Source: Bryobacterales bacterium
GTDB lineage: Bacteria; Acidobacteriota; Terriglobia; Bryobacterales; Bryobacteraceae
DNA length: 64,000 nt
NCBI GenBank assembly: GCA_963792655.1
Contig: CAWBWU010000011.1
Coordinates: 328,938-392,937 of the forward strand
Reading direction: 5' to 3'
A model generated the notes under the pieces. The model was not told where the DNA came from. It made no database searches and saw only the letters and a program-made list of their open reading frames with translations. This document shows positions 59,663-64,000 of this stretch, piece after piece (positions within the stretch are counted from its first letter, which is position 1; each line of letters opens with the position of its first letter). The position numbers and the translations under genes are program-made.

Positions 59663-60231
59663 GCCGAAACCTTCTCGCCTTTGACGATCGCTTTGCCCGC
59701 GCCTTTCAGGAATGGTGTTCCGAAGACACCAATCGCGAGCAAGCCGCCGAACAGCGCCATAGCTTCCAGACTTTCCCGGCCTTCGCGCGCCCAGTAGACG
59801 TCGCGCAGGTTCAGCCATAACGCGAACTCATCCAGCGTGAGCGCCGCGCCGATGCCATAGATCATCGAAAGAAAACGTGCCCCCCAGCGCGACCAGCGGC
59901 TCTCGCTCACCCCTGCGCCGATCATCCATCCGTAGCCGGTGAGCAGCAGCAGCAGGATGCCCCAGACCAGGTGATGGATGTGGCGGCCGCGCATCGAAAC
60001 ATCGTGGAAAGGTCCGATGTTGTAGTGAATGGCGAGTGTGATGATACGGATCAACAGCACCGTTACGAAGAAGCCGATGGACGAGAGAAAGAGCCGCTCC
60101 CTTCGCGCATCCTCGAATTTCGCTTGGTACACGGCGCGCAGCCGGCTGTTTGCGACCAGCAGCGTGAGCCCGCCCAGAACGGCGCTCAGGATCACCGGCA
60201 ACAACCAGAAGTGAGCGTTCGTCCAGGGCAT
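59659..60231 (-). CDS. Integral membrane hypothetical protein
   Basis: 4-5 predicted TM segments. 4-nt convergent overlap with the rhodanese gene. No family recognised. Confidence 0.5.
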   Translation of the reverse strand: MPWTNAHFWLLPVILSAVLGGLTLLVANSRLRAVYQAKFEDARRERLFLSSIGFFVTVLLIRIITLAIHYNIGPFHDVSMRGRHIHHLVWGILLLLLTGYGWMIGAGVSESRWSRWGARFLSMIYGIGAALTLDEFALWLNLRDVYWAREGRESLEAMALFGGLLAIGVFGTPFLKGAGKAIVKGEKVSA

Positions 60232-60237
60232 CTGCGA

Positions 60238-60897
60238 TTACGCCCCGGGTATCACGTGGAGATCGATCAACGCGTCCACAGCGAACTGAAACGCGATCGC
60301 CGTCAACATCAAGCCCATCATCCTGGTCATGATGCGGATGCCGGTGTCGCCCATGAACGATCCCACGCGATGCGCCGCGGCGAGTACCAGAAAGGAAACA
60401 GCGGAGGTGATAGCGATGGCCGCGAACACCGGAAGCGTGTTGCGCCAGCCGCGCGCGTCGCTGACCAGCACCATCACGGCCGAGATTGAGCCGGGTCCCG
60501 CCAGCATCGGAATGCCCAGCGGGATGGTGCCGACATCTTCCTTCTGGCAGCCTTCGGCGCGTTCTTCGTCGACTTCATTCACGCGCGAGCGGCGGGCCTG
60601 CAGCATATCGATCGCGACCATCATCAGCAGCAAACCACCGGCCAGCTTAAACGCGGGCAGCGTGATGCCGAACATACGGAACAGATATTTCCCTGCGATT
60701 CCGAAGGTGCTGAGCAACAGGAAGCAGGTGAGCGAGGCGCGAATGGCGACGCGCCGCTTTTCGGGCAGCGTGTCACCCGACGTCATCACCAGAAAGGTGG
60801 GGATCACGGCGAAGGGATCAACCAGAAAGAAGACCGAACTGAGAGCAGTTACCCACACCTGTAACGATGTGGCTAAGTGGAGGCTGGGCGGCTGCAT
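60238..60897 (-). CDS. MarC-family (UPF0056) integral membrane protein
   Basis: FFLVDPFAVIPTFLVMT N-terminal motif; six TM segments. Confidence 0.8.
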   Translation of the reverse strand: MQPPSLHLATSLQVWVTALSSVFFLVDPFAVIPTFLVMTSGDTLPEKRRVAIRASLTCFLLLSTFGIAGKYLFRMFGITLPAFKLAGGLLLMMVAIDMLQARRSRVNEVDEERAEGCQKEDVGTIPLGIPMLAGPGSISAVMVLVSDARGWRNTLPVFAAIAITSAVSFLVLAAAHRVGSFMGDTGIRIMTRMMGLMLTAIAFQFAVDALIDLHVIPGA

Positions 60898-60942
60898 CCA
60901 ACTAATGTAGCCGTGAGAGAGCGGGTACGCGCAAGGGCAGCG

Positions 60943-61659
60943 CTAGATGAACATCTCTTCGTCTTGCGTGATGTGATCGATTGAGGGACGGCGGCCCGAC
61001 GCGTAACTCGATACACCGGCGCGAATGCCTGCCAGGATTCCCTCTACTCCGCGCACCGGCCGCAGCACCGTCCGCTTCACGGAGTCGCCTGCCTGCTGTA
61101 CCGAATCGACGGTCTGATCGACCGCCGTATCAACGCGCTCCACCTTCGAGCGCGCGCGGGTCAATACGTCCGAAACAAAGTTCGAAGCGTCGTGCACGTT
61201 GTGTTTACCGGTGCTGACGATCTCCATCACATCACTCGAAACGCTAGCCACCTTGGGCCGGATGTCTTCGACGATCTGCCCGGTGCTGACAACCAAAGGC
61301 TCCGCTTTGCCCACGATCGAATCGATCTTGGTGATGATCGGCTTCGCCGCGGCGAGCACTTCCACAACTTTGGCCAACACTGGCCGGACTTCCACAAACA
61401 GCTCGAGCACTTTCGCGATGAAAGGCTTGGCTTCCGCCATCACGCCCTGCAATTTTTCAATGAACGCCGGGGTGTCCGCCGCAACCTTGTCGATCTTGGC
61501 AATGAGAGGCTTTGCCTGCTCAATGATCGGCTCGATCTTCGCCTGGAACTTACCGGCAACGCGAAGGAGAACAAGCAGTACAATCGCCTGCACCAGAATG
61601 CACAGCGTCGCGATTGCGACACCGCCACTCACGATCCAACGAAACGTTTCTTCTGACAT
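60943..61659 (-). CDS. Membrane-anchored protein with tandem 14-residue Pro-punctuated helical repeats
   Basis: GGAGGAG RBS. N-terminal TM segment WIVSGGVAIATLCILVQAIVLLVLL. Repeats AKPFIAKVLELFVE / VRPVLAKVVEVLAA / AKPIITKIDSIVGK / AEPLVVSTGQIVED / IRPKVASVSSDVME. Confidence 0.6.
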   Translation of the reverse strand: MSEETFRWIVSGGVAIATLCILVQAIVLLVLLRVAGKFQAKIEPIIEQAKPLIAKIDKVAADTPAFIEKLQGVMAEAKPFIAKVLELFVEVRPVLAKVVEVLAAAKPIITKIDSIVGKAEPLVVSTGQIVEDIRPKVASVSSDVMEIVSTGKHNVHDASNFVSDVLTRARSKVERVDTAVDQTVDSVQQAGDSVKRTVLRPVRGVEGILAGIRAGVSSYASGRRPSIDHITQDEEMFI

Positions 61660-61684
61660 GCTCTCCTCCGCGAACTACCGTTAA

Positions 61685-62014
61685 CTAGCTGGCTTGGGGA
61701 ACCTGCGGCTCCACTTTGTCCCGATAGGCCTGTTTGCCGGCCTGCACTGCTTCGTTGATGTTGTCTTTCTGCTTGCCGACTGCCTGTCTGCCCTTGTCGA
61801 GCAGATCGTTGGCAGTATCGCGCCAGTCAGCCGTCGCTTTCTTGATGTAGTCCGTGCTTTCGCCGGCCTTCGTCTTCAAGTAATCGCCGCCTTCAGACGC
61901 CTTGTCCTTGATCAACCCGCGGGTTTCTTCACCGGACTTCGGAGCGAATAACAGCCCAACGCCGACGCCGATGCCGAGGCCCAGGAAAAAGTTTGCTAAT
62001 CCATCACGATCCAT
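61685..62014 (-). CDS. YtxH domain-containing protein
   Basis: FFLGLGIGVGVGLLFAPKSGEETRGLIKDKA YtxH motif. AAGGAGGA RBS. 25 nt upstream of the repeat-protein gene. Confidence 0.75.
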   Translation of the reverse strand: MDRDGLANFFLGLGIGVGVGLLFAPKSGEETRGLIKDKASEGGDYLKTKAGESTDYIKKATADWRDTANDLLDKGRQAVGKQKDNINEAVQAGKQAYRDKVEPQVPQAS

Positions 62015-62146
62015 TGATGTTCCTCCTTGTTGGCGCCGCAGAATGCGGGTAGCCGTGATCCTTCAGTATACTTCCGCGTTTGGAGCTAGCACGTTTGTAA
62101 CCAACTTCAAAAGCGCAATGTTCGTTACACTTGCACTCAAATCGCC

Positions 62147-62717
62147 ATGCAGCGGAAGTCCCGGACACCGGCGCGGCTGAATGCCGAGAAGCTGATGCAA
62201 TACGCAGTGAAGAGCCTGGCGGCGAGAGCTCAATCCGTTGCCGAGCTGCGCGCCAAGTTGATTGCACGTGCCGAAGACGCGGCGGATATCGATGGCATTC
62301 TTGTCCGCCTCAAAGAGTACGGCTATCTGAACGAGCAGCGCTTCGCCGAGAATTTCGTGCTCGCGCGGCGCGACACCGACGGGCTCGGGCGCATCCGTGT
62401 GTTGAACGATTTACGCAAGCGCCGTGTCGCGCCGCCTGTCGCCGAGAGGACAGTGCATGAGGCCTATCGCGATACCGAAGAAGCGACGCTGATCGAGCAA
62501 TACATCCGGCGCAAATTCCGGATGTCGAACCGCGAGACGCTTTTCCAAAGTGACAAGGATCTTGCGGCGGCTTATAACCGGCTGCGGCGTGCCGGATTCT
62601 CGTCGGGCGCTTCGGTCAAGGTGCTGAAGAAGTTCGCGAAAAATCCAGAGTTGCTCGGACGCGATCGACGGCGAACCCGAAGAGGACGAAACGGAACCGC
62701 GCTCCCGGATGGACTAA
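62147..62717 (+). pseudogene. recX: Recombination regulator RecX; frame break near the 3' end fuses it in silico to galE
   Basis: RecX three-helix repeats (AVKSLAARAQSVAELRAKL, LKEYGYLNEQRFAENFV, AYNRLRRAGFS). After ...NPE the high-GC3 frame SDAIDGEPEEDETEPRSRMD* (stop at 62715-62717) replaces the Arg-rich, rare-codon in-frame reading. Confidence 0.7.
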
Positions 62718-62761
62718 GCGCGAGCTTACGCGAGCCGGACGCTTGGGTTGTAATATCGGGT

Positions 62762-63751
62762 GTGCCCGATACAGAGCAGAAACGCATTGTGGTGACCGGC
62801 GGCGCCGGATACATTGGCGGCCATACCGTGCTGCAGCTTGCCGACCGCGGCTATGACGTGGTGGTGGTCGACAACCTGTCAAAGGGGCGTCGCGAAGATG
62901 TCGATCCGGCTCGCCTGCGCGTCGTAGACACTCACGACAAGCCCGCACTGCTGAAGGTGTTCAGCGAGAAGCCGTGCGCTGCCGTGATTCACTTTGCCGC
63001 GTTCATTGCGGTTGGTGAATCGATGAAGCTGCCGGGCATGTACTTCGATAACAACGTGGGCGGTTCGCTGCATCTGTTCGAAGCGATGGTGGAAGCGGGC
63101 GTCAAGAACGTGGTGTTCTCATCGACGGCTGCGGTCTACGGCAATCCTGCGAAGACTCCGATTCCCGAGAGCCTGCCTTACGACCCGGTGAACCCTTATG
63201 GCGAATCGAAGGTGATGGTCGAGAAGATTCTGGGCTGGTTCGATCAGATTCACGGCTTACGCAACATCTGTTTCCGGTACTTCAATGCTGCCGGCGCTGA
63301 CCCGCAAGGGCGCCATGGTGAAAACCACGAGCCCGAAACGCACCTGATCCCGCTGCTGTTCCGTGCGATCCAGACGGGCGAGCCAGTGAGTATCTTCGGC
63401 GACGATTACCCGACCAAGGACGGCACCTGCGTGCGCGACTACATCCACGTCACCGATCTCGCCGAAGCGCACATCCTGGGTATCGAGTATCTGATGAACG
63501 GCGGCGCGTCGAACAAGTTCAACGTCGGCACTGGTGATGGCTTTTCGGTGCGGGAAGTCATTAACGCGGTCGAGAAGATTACGGGCAAGAAGGTACCGCA
63601 GAAGATGGCGCCACGGCGCGAGGGCGATCCGCCGGCGCTGGTGGCCGATTCATCCCGCCTGCGCGAAACTCTCAAGTGGAAGCCGGTGCACTCGAGCGTC
63701 GAAGAGATCGTGCAAACCGCCTGGAACTACGCGCAGAAGCACAGCCGCTAG
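62762..63751 (+). CDS. galE: UDP-glucose 4-epimerase
   Basis: VVTGGAGYIGGH Rossmann motif, SSTAAVYG, YGESK catalytic Tyr-x3-Lys. GTG at 62762 is the first plausible start (MPDTEQKRIVVTGG). Confidence 0.85.
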   Translation: MPDTEQKRIVVTGGAGYIGGHTVLQLADRGYDVVVVDNLSKGRREDVDPARLRVVDTHDKPALLKVFSEKPCAAVIHFAAFIAVGESMKLPGMYFDNNVGGSLHLFEAMVEAGVKNVVFSSTAAVYGNPAKTPIPESLPYDPVNPYGESKVMVEKILGWFDQIHGLRNICFRYFNAAGADPQGRHGENHEPETHLIPLLFRAIQTGEPVSIFGDDYPTKDGTCVRDYIHVTDLAEAHILGIEYLMNGGASNKFNVGTGDGFSVREVINAVEKITGKKVPQKMAPRREGDPPALVADSSRLRETLKWKPVHSSVEEIVQTAWNYAQKHSR

Positions 63752-64000
63752 TTCGCAGGCTTATCGCGCTTCTCCCAAACTAACGTTTCGGTATTGTTGC
63801 CGTTCGGGCTTTTCACGATGACCACCTCTGTTGCGGTCTTGCCATCGCGGGAAAGCTTCATCAGAACGCGCTCGGTAAACGTGCGATCGAGCGACCGCTT
63901 CTCGTCAACGAGCACATCGCCCTGCCACCAGATCTTCTCCATGAACTGACTGGCGGCTTCGACCGGACGATCTTTGCCGTCGAGGTACCAGGTGCCTGTC
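63748..64000 (-). CDS. Hypothetical protein, 5' end beyond the window
   Basis: The frame is open from the window edge (…GTWYLDGKDRPVEAASQFMEKIWWQGD…) to the stop at 63748. 4-nt convergent overlap with galE. Confidence 0.45.
   Translation of the reverse strand, partial: TGTWYLDGKDRPVEAASQFMEKIWWQGDVLVDEKRSLDRTFTERVLMKLSRDGKTATEVVIVKSPNGNNTETLVWEKRDKPAN

Noticed and set aside
62100-62146. LexA (SOS) box upstream of recX
   Set aside because: Only GTTC-N7-TTGC is present. The second half-site does not match the GTTC-N7-GTTC type motif I was testing, and I cannot verify the relevant consensus for this lineage.

Overview
This is a GC-rich (about 60%) chromosomal segment. From gene content I infer an Acidobacteriota origin (Koribacter/Solibacter-like): two copies of what I recall as the 'Soli_cterm' TIGR03437 C-terminal domain, two sortilin/BNR-type giant proteins, an ECF sigma module and many Tat/Sec-exported enzymes. 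No searches were run; every product name comes from motifs read in the ORF-track translations.

I call about 55 genes:
- Housekeeping: dnaJ-hspR, glgB, add, mnmA, a cysteine desulfurase, rsmD, nadE, greA, dnaG, recX, galE and tRNA-Ala(GGC).
- Carbohydrate genes: GH3 with a PA14 insert, GH57, an enolase-superfamily / uronate-isomerase-like / ROK / MFS operon, and a periplasmic PQQ-dehydrogenase / GMC oxidoreductase / TIM-barrel cluster.
- Envelope and surface genes: an ECF sigma / anti-sigma / two DUF4097 module, a Lol-like ABC operon, an S8 protease, an Ig-repeat adhesin, and a strongly signalled Thr/Ala/Gly-rich surface protein.

I recognise no transposase, integrase, CRISPR array, rRNA or known defence gene.

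The dominant anomaly is frame breakage. At least 11 conserved genes are interrupted. The breaks are mostly explained by single extra bases at non-homopolymer sites. There is an extreme hot-spot at 41.1-45.2 kb, where nadE and a YncE/phosphoesterase gene are shredded. This looks more like a sequence-quality artefact than decay, but it needs read-level checking.

Most novel-looking candidates:
- a single-gene cassette with atypical codon usage, flanked by 11-bp inverted repeats that overlap both neighbours' stop codons (29.25-30.15 kb);
- a hybrid histidine kinase whose H-box histidine is Gly;
- a Tat-exported oxidative sugar-processing module next to tRNA-Ala;
- the ECF / anti-sigma / Toastrack module paired with a dihaem cytochrome;
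- the uncharacterised C-terminal domain shared by the adhesin and the protease.

I did not find a clear-cut new multi-gene system.
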